Assembly: GCA_965261545.1 (NCBI GenBank)
Contig: CBDHDF010000004.1
Coordinates: forward strand, 32,001-96,000
Length of the DNA: 64,000 bases
Source of the DNA: Bdellovibrionales bacterium
Lineage (GTDB): Bacteria > Bdellovibrionota > Bdellovibrionia > Bdellovibrionales > UBA1609
Reading direction: 5' to 3'
Below are positions 52,032 to 61,190 of this stretch, piece by piece (positions within the stretch are counted from its first letter, which is position 1; every line of letters begins with the position of its first letter). Under the pieces are notes generated by a model that was not told the DNA's origin, did not search any database, and saw only the letters and a program-made list of their open reading frames with translations. Made by a program: the position numbers and the translations under genes.

Positions 52032-53237
52032 ATGTGTCTTAATGAAAAAAAGCATCCAGCATTGGTTCTTAGTGGAGGGGGATTTAAGGCGGCCGCATTT
52101 CATATTGGAGTGTGTTTGGGTTTGCAAGAAAAGGGATTTAGGTTTGCCGGAGGGGGTCAGCGGGAGATTGAAAAAAGCTTTTTAGAATCGAGCATGACTT
52201 TTAAGACTTATGTGGGATCGAGTGCAGGGTCAGTCATTTGTTCACTTTTGGCTTCGGGGTACAGTCTTTCTTCTATGGTGAAGGCTTTTACTCCGGACTT
52301 AGATCTAGGTAGTTTTTCTCAGTCTAAACTAACAAGTAAAGGGGATTCCTTTAAGCCATTGGGTTATAGGGATGTTTTTTCCATCAATCTTCATACTCAG
52401 AAAAGTGGATTTCTAGCTGGCTTTAAGAAGAATCGCCTCTCCATAAGCGGTGGCATTGAGGTCTTATTAAAAAAGGGTTTTACGCTGAATGGTATTTTTA
52501 CCACAGAGAAACTAGAAAGGTATCTTCGGGAACAAATCTTGAGAGAAAATACCTTTGATAGACTGGGAGTGGATCTCTATATCATTGCAACTCAGCTCAA
52601 TCACTCAAAAAAGGCTATTTTTGGAGCTTTTGAAGAAGAAAGCGTTGATGAAACCGTCAAGTATGTCAATTATGCCACCATTAGTGAGGCCTGTGCAGCT
52701 TCGGCAAGTCTTCCCCCGGCTTTTGCGCCCTATGGCATTACAAATCATGAGGGAAGAAAAGTTTTCTTTTTCGATGGGGAAATACGTGACACTTTGTCAA
52801 CCCATGTGGCTTCAGATCACAATGCAGATCTAGTGGTTGCTTCCTATTCTTTCCAGCCCTATCACTACAATAGTGAGATTGGCTCTCTTCACGAATATGG
52901 AATTCCTACAGTTATGAATCAAGCCATTTATCAAGTTCTTGAGCAGAAGATTGAAACACATCGGCGTTACAAGCGTGAGATCAAGGATTTATTGAAGGCT
53001 TGTAGGGACTATCTCAAACAAACAGACCTCAAAAAAGAATCTCAAGAGGAATTATTGGATATTCTTCTTTCAAAGACCCGTTTTAAGACAGATGTTGATT
53101 ACATATACATACACCCTAGTTCAGATGACTACGAGATGTTTTTTGCAGATCACTTCAGCCTTAAACCACAGATACTTTCTAAGATTATTAAAGTGGGGTT
53201 TAGGGCCGCTATGAAGGCTCTCCGAAAGTACAGTTGA
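52032..53237 (+). CDS. Patatin-like phospholipase family protein
   Basis: LVLSGGGFKA oxyanion motif, GSSAG nucleophile elbow, ASASLP, FDGE (variant of DGG). Confidence 0.85.
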   Translation: MCLNEKKHPALVLSGGGFKAAAFHIGVCLGLQEKGFRFAGGGQREIEKSFLESSMTFKTYVGSSAGSVICSLLASGYSLSSMVKAFTPDLDLGSFSQSKLTSKGDSFKPLGYRDVFSINLHTQKSGFLAGFKKNRLSISGGIEVLLKKGFTLNGIFTTEKLERYLREQILRENTFDRLGVDLYIIATQLNHSKKAIFGAFEEESVDETVKYVNYATISEACAASASLPPAFAPYGITNHEGRKVFFFDGEIRDTLSTHVASDHNADLVVASYSFQPYHYNSEIGSLHEYGIPTVMNQAIYQVLEQKIETHRRYKREIKDLLKACRDYLKQTDLKKESQEELLDILLSKTRFKTDVDYIYIHPSSDDYEMFFADHFSLKPQILSKIIKVGFRAAMKALRKYS

Positions 53238-53364
53238 TAGGGTTTGGTTTAAATAAAACCAAATAAAATCAAATCATTGAATAAGAACAAAGAATAAGAA
53301 TGAAAGGCCAAAAGTCATGAAAATTGAGTGAGATTTTACTACTGAAACATTCATGAAATGAGTC

Positions 53365-53454
53365 TGGCGGAGAGGGAGAGATTCGAACTCTCGGTACGGT
53401 TGCCCGTACGGATCCTTAGCAGGGACCTGGTTTAAACCACTCACCCACCTCTCC
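53365..53454 (-). tRNA. tRNA-Ser(GCT)
   Basis: Reverse complement GGAGAGG...ggtcc-ctGCTaa-ggatc, long variable arm, GTTCGAAT, CCTCTCCGCCA. Confidence 0.95.
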
Positions 53455-53594
53455 GCAAATATTTTTGGTCGAATTGGTTAAACCAAACGTCAAATACAGA
53501 GGTCATAACTTGCCACAGGCTTGTTTTAGAATCAACTTGATTTACTACTAGAATGTGGCTACAAGGTTTCTAGATTTTATAGTGTTTTACTTGT

Positions 53595-53671
53595 GCACTC
53601 GTAGCTCAGCTGGATAGAGTACCTGACTACGAATCAGGTGGTCGGAGGTTCGACTCCTTCCGGGTGCGCCA
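53595..53671 (+). tRNA. tRNA-Arg(ACG)
   Basis: GCACTCGTAGCTCAGCTGGATAGAG, cctga-ctACGaa-tcagg, GTTCGACT, CGGGTGCGCCA. Confidence 0.96.
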
Positions 53672-53702
53672 TTTTTTTTAAGTCAATAGGAGGGCTTTCT
53701 AT

Positions 53703-54110
53703 ATGGGAGGGCTTTTCTACATTGTTTTGTGTGGTCAAAGGATTTGTATGGTCAAAAGAATGGGTATATGTGTTAGCTTGTCTTTTGTGAAAATCCGTAT
53801 TTTAATCTCTTTCTTTGTTTTGTGGCCCTTTTTGTGGTGGCTTTTATCCTGTGGTGTTAAGGGAGATCCTCAGCCCCCTGAGGGTGCCTTCGACTGGGGG
53901 GGGCTCCGCAAATCTCGTGTAAAAACACAAGCTTCACCTATGGAGTCCTCGCAGGGGTTTATTCCACCCTGGTCTTTTTTGAGGGAGGGGTTGGGGTCTA
54001 GGCAGGGTGACGGACTTCGTCAGAGAGATCGTCAGGACAGAGATCAAAAACGAAATCGTAAGGACAGAGATCAAAAACGAAAAAGAGGCGAAGAGTCTAA
54101 GTCCAATTGA
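53703..54110 (+). CDS. Small lipoprotein (LptM/YifL-like N-terminus; start uncertain)
   Basis: Hydrophobic stretch then LLS-CGVKGDPQPPE; charged repetitive tail. Confidence 0.55.
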   Translation: MGGLFYIVLCGQRICMVKRMGICVSLSFVKIRILISFFVLWPFLWWLLSCGVKGDPQPPEGAFDWGGLRKSRVKTQASPMESSQGFIPPWSFLREGLGSRQGDGLRQRDRQDRDQKRNRKDRDQKRKRGEESKSN

Positions 54111-54139
54111 AAAGCTATGGAATGTCCAATTGAGGAGCT

Positions 54140-54793
54140 ATGGAATTTTATATTGATAGTGCAAATATAGAGGAAATTAAGATGGCCAACAGGTGTGGTT
54201 GGGTGGATGGGGTGACAACAAACCCCACTCTTGTGGCGCAGTCAGGTAGGTCTCACTATGAGCTTATAGAAGAAATATGTTGTGAGGTCAAAGGTCTTGT
54301 GTCTGCTGAAGTGGTTGGTGTGTCCGAGGAAGAAATGGTCAAAGAGGGTCTCCAACTCGCCAAAATTGCAGACAATGTGGTGGTGAAAATTCCAATGAAG
54401 GAAGAGGGGCTTATCGCCGTACGTCGCTTGGCTTCTGAGGGCATCAAAACAAATGTGACCCTGATTTTTTCGCCTATTCAAGCTTTGATGGCTGCTAAAG
54501 CGGGGGCGACCTTGGTTTCACCTTTTGTGGGGCGTCTTGATGATATTGCTGCCGATGGTATGAGTGTTGTAGATCAGATTGTGCAAATTTATAACAATTA
54601 CGATTTTGAAACCAAAGTCCTTGTGGCTAGTGCGAGGCATCCCATGCATGTTTTAGAGTCAGCTCTCATATCGGCCCATATTGTGACAATGCCGTATAAG
54701 GTTATGAAAGGTCTAACTCGGCATCCATTGACAGATAGGGGTCTTGCTCAGTTTCTTGAAGATGCTAGAATATCCCACCGAATAGTCAAATAA
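54140..54793 (+). CDS. Transaldolase / fructose-6-phosphate aldolase (short type)
   Basis: FYIDSA, GVTTNPTL, VVKIP Schiff-base Lys, TNVTLIFS, SPFVGRLDD. Confidence 0.93.
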   Translation: MEFYIDSANIEEIKMANRCGWVDGVTTNPTLVAQSGRSHYELIEEICCEVKGLVSAEVVGVSEEEMVKEGLQLAKIADNVVVKIPMKEEGLIAVRRLASEGIKTNVTLIFSPIQALMAAKAGATLVSPFVGRLDDIAADGMSVVDQIVQIYNNYDFETKVLVASARHPMHVLESALISAHIVTMPYKVMKGLTRHPLTDRGLAQFLEDARISHRIVK

Positions 54794-54809
54794 CCGAGAG
54801 GTAAGCCAA

Positions 54810-55280
54810 GTGTTCAGAGTATTCAGATGGATCATTGCAGGGTTGATTGCCTTTGCTGTGGGGGGGTTAGGAGGGTGTGCAAGTCATAGGGGCTTTTTAG
54901 TTCTTAGGGATATAGACAAACCTTTGAGAGGGATTCAAAAAGTGGTGAGTCAGAGCTTTCCTGAAGGTCCAGCTAAGGTTCAAAGAGGGGGGCGTCTTTT
55001 TATATCAAAGCCCATGGTGATGGAGGAGGGAATTCTGGTGTCTGCAAGCCCGGAGGCTAGGCATCGCTTTTATGTGAAGATTTTTATACGCGGAGGCCAG
55101 AGACCCTACACCCTCAATATTGAAGCGATTGAAGAGAGAAAGTCGAATCGTGATGGGGACAGATTCCAAGTGATAGGGCGCAGTGATAAGATTGCTCAGA
55201 GCATGACCAAGGTTATTTATAAGAGACTCAGACAGCAGCATGAAGAGAATAATATCATTGATAATTTTCGTCCATTTTAG
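54810..55280 (+). CDS. Hypothetical lipoprotein
   Basis: Signal ending LGG-C; GAGG RBS; C-terminal IIDNFRPF. Confidence 0.6.
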   Translation: MFRVFRWIIAGLIAFAVGGLGGCASHRGFLVLRDIDKPLRGIQKVVSQSFPEGPAKVQRGGRLFISKPMVMEEGILVSASPEARHRFYVKIFIRGGQRPYTLNIEAIEERKSNRDGDRFQVIGRSDKIAQSMTKVIYKRLRQQHEENNIIDNFRPF

Positions 55281-55417
55281 TTTCAAAATTTTAACTTGAG
55301 TCATTTACTGTGTGGTCATTTTTTATAAATACCTCATATCACTTGAGGATATGTCTTTTTATGATCTTTTTGTGGCGTTCAAATTTAGATCGTCTCTTCG
55401 GTGCTCCCTCCGCCTTC

Positions 55418-56377
55418 CTATCGGCCTCTTTCAAGGCGTGCTATGCGCTCCTCAAGGGGGGGGTGGGTTGAAAATAGTTGAAGCAGCTTGCTTCTTTTTT
55501 GGGCCCCAGCAATTTTGAGAGTGGCCATGGCTTGGTCGCCACTTACAAGGTGCTGGGTGTGGCTGAGCGCTCTTAGGGCTGATATCATTTTATCTCGACT
55601 GGTCAGCTTGGCTCCACCTCGATCCGCACGAAATTCTCTTCGACGTGAATAATAGTTGACAACAATGGAGCCCAAAATACTGAAGATAATTTGAAGAACA
55701 ATGATGGTGACCAATTGTGCAATCCAGCTGAACCTCTCGTCCATCTGGCTGGCGATAATGCGTGCAATGATATGAGCAAGAAACATAACGAGCGCATTAA
55801 TAATACCTTGTATAAGGGTCATGGTGACCATGTCACCATTGGCGATATGGGCCACTTCGTGGGCTAAGACGGCTTCTACTTCATCTCTGTCAAGTTGGTT
55901 TAAAAGTCCTGTGGAAACAGCGACGAGGGAGTTACTTTTAGAAGGACCCGTGGCGAAGGCATTGACTTCTTCCCCCTGGTAAATGCCTACCTCTGGCATT
56001 TTGGGAAGGCGGGCCGCTTTGGCGATGCGGTGAACTGTGTTGACAAGTTCGCACATTTGAGGGTCTGTGGCGTTGGGATCAATGACTTGAATGCGCATCA
56101 TCCACTTTGCCATTTTTTTAGAAATGAGAAGGGAAATAAAAGCGCCCCCCATTCCAAAGAAGACACAGAAAATGGCGAGACCACCATAGCCAGAGGCTTC
56201 GATGCCAAAATAAAGCGAGATAAGGCTCCAGCTGATAACAAGTGTTGTCATTACTAAAATGTTGACTATGAGAAAAAGAAATATTCGCCTACCCATCATC
56301 CACATAATAATTCCTCCGTTTTTTGAGTCAATTCGATTGGTGCTTGCCTGTCTACTGCCTACTTGTTGTTTGTCCAT
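55418..56377 (-). CDS. htpX: Zn-dependent membrane protease HtpX (true start probably MWMMGRR, about 56305)
   Basis: NAFATG, VAVSTGLL, AHEVAH, NGDMVTMTL, SRRREFRAD, FSTHPPLEERI. Confidence 0.95.
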   Translation of the reverse strand: MDKQQVGSRQASTNRIDSKNGGIIMWMMGRRIFLFLIVNILVMTTLVISWSLISLYFGIEASGYGGLAIFCVFFGMGGAFISLLISKKMAKWMMRIQVIDPNATDPQMCELVNTVHRIAKAARLPKMPEVGIYQGEEVNAFATGPSKSNSLVAVSTGLLNQLDRDEVEAVLAHEVAHIANGDMVTMTLIQGIINALVMFLAHIIARIIASQMDERFSWIAQLVTIIVLQIIFSILGSIVVNYYSRRREFRADRGGAKLTSRDKMISALRALSHTQHLVSGDQAMATLKIAGAQKRSKLLQLFSTHPPLEERIARLERGR

Positions 56378-56381
56378 TGGG

Positions 56382-57281
56382 CTAATCCATAGATTTTCCC
56401 ATTTGAACGGCTTGCCCTGCTAGAAGCATTAAAAGAGCAATAATTATACCTGCAATGATAATAAATCTTAAATAGTCTGTCCAGTCAAAGTCTGCGGTTT
56501 CTAGTTGAGGTATCTCTTTTTGGGGGGCGGCGCGTAGTGGAATACGAGTTTTCTTGGCGTCGCTTTGATCCTTGGCTTTCACAGAAGAGCGGCGATTTTC
56601 TTCTTCCTCACTTTTTTTCTTGGGATTTCGAATCCATTTCACTCTCACGGATCGGCCTTGTTCGTAGTTGTCGTCAAAATTTTGTCCCTGACGGCCTTTT
56701 TTAATCGCACCTATGGGGCCGACGGAGAGTCCCTCTGAGTTTTCGTCGCTTTCACTTGATTTCTTTGATTGGTTAGAAGAAATAATCTTGTTATTTAGGG
56801 TTCTCCCTGTTCGCGAAGACGAGATTTTTGATTCCCCACTTCCGCCCCGACTCCTTTGGCGTCCACGACGGGTTTTTGGGCGAAAGCGACGGCGAGATGT
56901 CGCTGAGTTTCCATCGCCATTGCTCCTGGATTGTCCCAATTGAGTGCGAGAGCTATTTGTATTTTTGTCCGACAAAGGAGGGCGTCCAGCGAGAAAGCTA
57001 AACTCTTGAAATTCGTCATTGCAAAAGCCTGGCGATTCAGACTCATCCACTCCTAGACTAGGCAGTTCTCCCGTTTCCAAAAGACAGGAGAGGTAGTTGC
57101 CAAAGTAGTTGTCGGCAAAAACCTTAAAAGCTTTGTTAAATTGCAGGATAAGGCCAAGGGTTATACCTACGGTCACAACAAGTATAAGAATATATTCTAC
57201 GACAGCTTGGCCAGAGTCTGATCTTATTTTTGTTTTTGGCCTCATCATTGTTTCTGCTGAAGGTTGTTTATAGAAGTTCAT
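56382..57281 (-). CDS. TadE/pseudopilin-like protein with low-complexity middle and C-terminal TM helix
   Basis: SGQAVVEYILILVV prepilin-like cleavage motif; divergent from flp. Confidence 0.7.
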   Translation of the reverse strand: MNFYKQPSAETMMRPKTKIRSDSGQAVVEYILILVVTVGITLGLILQFNKAFKVFADNYFGNYLSCLLETGELPSLGVDESESPGFCNDEFQEFSFLAGRPPLSDKNTNSSRTQLGQSRSNGDGNSATSRRRFRPKTRRGRQRSRGGSGESKISSSRTGRTLNNKIISSNQSKKSSESDENSEGLSVGPIGAIKKGRQGQNFDDNYEQGRSVRVKWIRNPKKKSEEEENRRSSVKAKDQSDAKKTRIPLRAAPQKEIPQLETADFDWTDYLRFIIIAGIIIALLMLLAGQAVQMGKSMD

Positions 57282-57757
57282 CCTCTTATTTATCGGTATT
57301 TATGTTTAACTTATATGCTCAACTTAACAGTTTCTACATAGTTTCTATTTTTATAGAGTTCCTGTATATTTCTATATATTTTTATGAATTGTTTCAACTT
57401 GATACAGTATTGATACAGAATGAAGAAAAATAAAAAAATTAATAAAAAAGTCTTGTCAAATCTTTTTTTTATGTTTATATTATTTATATAACATTCACGT
57501 TTATCTCCCACGGCGATAGTCCGTTTCCTAATCAGGTTTGTAAATAACCTGACACACTTTACTCTATAATCATTAACTATAATGTATTTACATTTTGAAC
57601 ATAGGATATCGCAAAACTTTAGTTAGCCAAGATTGTACAAAATCATTTATGTCTCAATTTGTAAATACCGAAAAGATAAGTGCCAAGGTTCTTTAATTTA
57701 AGGATTAACTTAATAAGGGTTAAAGAATCACTGGCCATATATACGAGGGGGTATATT

Positions 57758-57943
57758 ATGAAAAAAATCAACAAAACTCTTGCTGCGATTTGGAAGGATG
57801 AGTCAGGACAGGGAGCCACTGAATATATTTTATTACTTGTCGTCATTGTTGGTTTAGCAACTCTTTTTGGTGAGCGTATTAAACAGGCTGTTACAGATAA
57901 GATCAATGAGGTTTCTGGGCTTATTTCAGGCTTCAGCAACTAA
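57758..57943 (+). CDS. flp: Flp family type IVb/c pilin (61 aa)
   Basis: KDESGQGATEYILLLVVIV Flp motif; GAGGGGG RBS. Confidence 0.9.
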   Translation: MKKINKTLAAIWKDESGQGATEYILLLVVIVGLATLFGERIKQAVTDKINEVSGLISGFSN

Positions 57944-58108
57944 AGCTAAAAGTTGGGGGTCTTGTTGCGTGACTGCTCTCTCCCTCTTTTGCTGAATAAA
58001 GTCCTTGGAGCTTAAGAGTCATTCCTCATGTGGTGAATTGAAGCGAATTGGTTTTGAGTGAACCAGTGATGAATTTTAAGGACAGTTTAAGTAAGTAGGG
58101 GGATTGTC

Positions 58109-58306
58109 ATGACAACGGAGATTGTACTTTTACTTGCAATATTTGCCTTTATTATTCTAGGAGTTTTTCTGGGGGATTTAGGGCCTATTGCGACATTTCA
58201 CAGGTCGGGTCCCTACCTCGGGGCAAAAATTGAACGACAAATATCCATTGGACACAACTTCTATAGAGGTGGGGGGCGCATTCCCGAGTGGAGGGATTAT
58301 GAATAA
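58109..58306 (+). CDS. Small pilin/pseudopilin-like protein
   Basis: MTTEIVLLLAIFAFII hydrophobic start with an early Glu; inside the Tad cluster. Confidence 0.55.
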   Translation: MTTEIVLLLAIFAFIILGVFLGDLGPIATFHRSGPYLGAKIERQISIGHNFYRGGGRIPEWRDYE

Positions 58307-58826
58307 CCTTCTCACTATGAATGGCTTGAATGTCTTTGCCTTTTTCGTTCCAACTTTTATTCTTTTGGCAGGGGTTACCGATGACCTCCTATCTCGCAAA
58401 GTTCACAACTGGCTTGTTGTGAGTGCGGTTATGGTGGCTCTGGTTTTTCAGATATTTTTGGGAGGATGGGAAGCTGTCTCTTTGGGGCTTTTGGGCTTTG
58501 CCTCTGCATTTTTCTTGTGCCTACCTTTGGTGCTCGCAAAAATGTTGGGGGCAGGCGATATGAAACTCCTCATGGCCTTTGGTCTCTCTACAAATATCAG
58601 TTCTGTGTTGGGAGTTACAATTTTTTCTCTTGTATGGGGGGCCCTTTTAGGCTTATTCCAGGCCCTTATTAGGGGAGAAATGAAAAGTCTCTTGGTCAAC
58701 ACTCTCAAAATCGCTGGGATGAAAAAGCCCCATGGGGATTATCACAGGGTTCCTTATACCATTGCCATGTTTTTTGGTTGGCTCACTCAACTTACAATGG
58801 AACAAACAGGGGTTCGCTTATGGTAA
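58299..58826 (+). CDS. Prepilin peptidase (A24, CpaA/TadV-like)
   Basis: TDDLLSRKVHN, LGAGDMKLL catalytic Asp, VPYTIAM. Confidence 0.9.
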   Translation: MNNLLTMNGLNVFAFFVPTFILLAGVTDDLLSRKVHNWLVVSAVMVALVFQIFLGGWEAVSLGLLGFASAFFLCLPLVLAKMLGAGDMKLLMAFGLSTNISSVLGVTIFSLVWGALLGLFQALIRGEMKSLLVNTLKIAGMKKPHGDYHRVPYTIAMFFGWLTQLTMEQTGVRLW

Positions 58827-59119
58827 GGAGCGGGCGGTGGACGACAAGGAGCAAGCCCACAATCTCCATTTTTCTGCATCAGGGGGGGCAGGCGGTTATT
58901 GAAGCTGTGCTCGCCGTCGCTTTATTTGTGTCCATTGCTATATTGGTGGCAGGTCAATTTAAGGAAAGGCAAGTCTTTGCCAACTTGATTTCAGGGCCAT
59001 GGTCCGTTCTTGATGGAATGATTAAGAATGGAGCATGGTCTCCAAGAGACGAGTCAAACACCACTCATCCCAGTCGTCAGAGGAGGCATACATCGACACA
59101 AGGAGACCCCGCCCAATGA
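58820..59119 (+). CDS. TadE-like pseudopilin
   Basis: GGQAVIEAVLAVALF motif. Confidence 0.7.
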   Translation: MVRSGRWTTRSKPTISIFLHQGGQAVIEAVLAVALFVSIAILVAGQFKERQVFANLISGPWSVLDGMIKNGAWSPRDESNTTHPSRQRRHTSTQGDPAQ

Positions 59120-59832
59120 TGAGATTCTATCTTTGTTTTCAACAGCATCTTCAACAGCGTTTTCAACGGCGAAGTTTGAAAGGTTGCTATGGAAATCATG
59201 ATGAAAGTTGTGATGAAAGTCATGGAGGAGGTGGACTCTGTGGTGATAAGGGTCTTATCACTTTAGATTTTCTCTTTGCTTTTATTTTAGTTATGGGTTT
59301 TGCAGGTTTATTGTTTGCCTTAACTATCACTCTCACCATGGTGGAAATTACTCAATACATCACATATGCTTCGGCGAGAAACTATATGACTTCCCATGAG
59401 GATGAAGGCCGGCAAAGAGAGATGGCCGTAGAAAAATTCAATCAATTGGCTTCTCACCATGTCATAGCTCCTATGTTTTCCAATGATTGGTTTGAGTTAG
59501 ATACTCCGCTTGTGGGGCTTGACAACAGTTGGCAACAAGATGTGCCTATTGAGCAGTATTTATTTCGAGGAACCTCTGTTAATTTTATAGCTCACATGCT
59601 TGATTTTAATATTCCTTTTTTTGGCTCTACGGCTTCGGATAGCACACAGGGAGGTGGTTTTCGCACAACCATTGGGTCTTATTTAGGTATTGAGGTTCCT
59701 GTAGAAAATTGTGTTGAGTTCGCTCGACACCGTTGGGATTGGATAAAAACCCTTTCACCCGACTATGTCCAAGTAGACAATGCCGCCAGTGCGGGTGTTG
59801 GCTACCGTTTGATCACGGACAATGGGTGTTGA
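59116..59832 (+). CDS. TadE/TadF-like pseudopilin
   Basis: KGLITLDFLFAFILV...YITYASARNY. Confidence 0.65.
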   Translation: MMRFYLCFQQHLQQRFQRRSLKGCYGNHDESCDESHGGGGLCGDKGLITLDFLFAFILVMGFAGLLFALTITLTMVEITQYITYASARNYMTSHEDEGRQREMAVEKFNQLASHHVIAPMFSNDWFELDTPLVGLDNSWQQDVPIEQYLFRGTSVNFIAHMLDFNIPFFGSTASDSTQGGGFRTTIGSYLGIEVPVENCVEFARHRWDWIKTLSPDYVQVDNAASAGVGYRLITDNGC

Positions 59833-59835
59833 GAA

Positions 59836-60303
59836 ATGAAACAAGGGGAGGATGGTATGGCGATGATTGAAACACTTCCTTTGATTGTGGTGTTTGTTAT
59901 TCTCGTGTCCTACGGTTTGGGATTTTGGGGCTCCATACACACGGGTATTCTTCACTCCATAGCGGCGAGAACCTACGCCTTTGAGACTTTTAGAAACCGT
60001 ACTCACTTGACTTACTTCAGAGAGCAGGGCCGGGGGTTGGATACACCTGAGCACTATGAGGCACAACAATTTCGATTCCATGCCATTCAGGCGATCCAGG
60101 CCCCGGGTCTCGATTTTTATGCCACCCAAAGGCCCCTTGCTCTGGCTTTAAAAATAGAAAAACAACCCAATTCTTCTCAGGATCACAACCAAAATATACA
60201 TATCCTCAGTGGAAGAAACCGAAGCTCTGGGGGCTTGGGCATCAACCCTATTTGGGTCATGGTGGGCTATGCTCTTTGTTTCAACCCTGATTGTGGAGGA
60301 TGA
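59836..60303 (+). CDS. TadE-like pseudopilin
   Basis: DGMAMIETLPLIVVFV...SIAART. Confidence 0.7.
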   Translation: MKQGEDGMAMIETLPLIVVFVILVSYGLGFWGSIHTGILHSIAARTYAFETFRNRTHLTYFREQGRGLDTPEHYEAQQFRFHAIQAIQAPGLDFYATQRPLALALKIEKQPNSSQDHNQNIHILSGRNRSSGGLGINPIWVMVGYALCFNPDCGG

Positions 60304-61190
60304 GCGCAATGAACTCAAATGAAACACGTAAACTGTGGGTATCTATTGGAGTGTCCCTCTTTGCAGTCTTTTTACTCTACAGTTATATTCAAGAAAAGAG
60401 TGCGAGCCTCACAAAGAAGTTTGGTGCCAAGAAAAGGGTTGTTATAGCCAAGGAAGAAATTCAAGAAATGCAGACCATTGATGAAACTATGCTTGAGATT
60501 GTGGAAAGACCTGTGGACTTTGTGGAGCCTTCAGCCATTAGCGATCCCGAAATGGCTGTGGGTCAAGTCGCCCTTGCTCCTATTAGTAAAAATGAGCAAA
60601 TTCTTGGAAATAAGATTCACAATCCGGGTCCTGTTACGGGTTTGGAGTTACAGGTGGCTCCAGGGAAAAGGGCTGTCACCCTACCTATTGATGATGTGAG
60701 AGGTGTGGCTAAGTTACTCAAGCCTGGAAGCCGCGTGGATATTGTCACAGCCCTTGATGTGGGTAGTGGAAATAGTAAAAAAAGGGAAATAAAAACTCTT
60801 TTGCAAGATGTGAGTATTCTCGCTACAGGTCTTAAGATTGTCAATGATCTCCCTCGTCTCTATGAGAAGGTGGGCAGTGATGAGTTTATTAAAAACATCC
60901 GCTCGGACACCTCTTTTTCTAACATCACTGTGGAGGTTTCCCCTCGGGATGCACAAAAAATTATCTATATTATATCGACCAACCCAGGGGCTTTGTTTTT
61001 AACCTTACGCCACCCCAGCGACCGTTTTATTCATAGCAAGTTGCCTACCGCAGACTTGCAGAGCTTATTGAATAAACCCTTTTTCAAAACTCCAAAACCT
61101 GTGTTGCCGCCCCGCCTCCCCACGTCTATAGGCAAGTCACGGGTTGCTCCTGTTAAAAAGAAAAAACGAGGTCCCTATGAAGAGCTTTAA
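60300..61190 (+). CDS. cpaB: Flp pilus assembly protein CpaB/RcpC
   Basis: SAF-like VVIAKEEI, PGKRAVTLPIDDVRGVAKLLKPGSRVDIV, LLQDVSILATG, LTLR. Confidence 0.9.
   Translation: MSAMNSNETRKLWVSIGVSLFAVFLLYSYIQEKSASLTKKFGAKKRVVIAKEEIQEMQTIDETMLEIVERPVDFVEPSAISDPEMAVGQVALAPISKNEQILGNKIHNPGPVTGLELQVAPGKRAVTLPIDDVRGVAKLLKPGSRVDIVTALDVGSGNSKKREIKTLLQDVSILATGLKIVNDLPRLYEKVGSDEFIKNIRSDTSFSNITVEVSPRDAQKIIYIISTNPGALFLTLRHPSDRFIHSKLPTADLQSLLNKPFFKTPKPVLPPRLPTSIGKSRVAPVKKKKRGPYEEL

Noticed and set aside
53365..53671. tRNA genes as an island integration site
   Set aside because: No duplicated tRNA 3' end or adjacent integrase was seen; flanking genes look like core genes.
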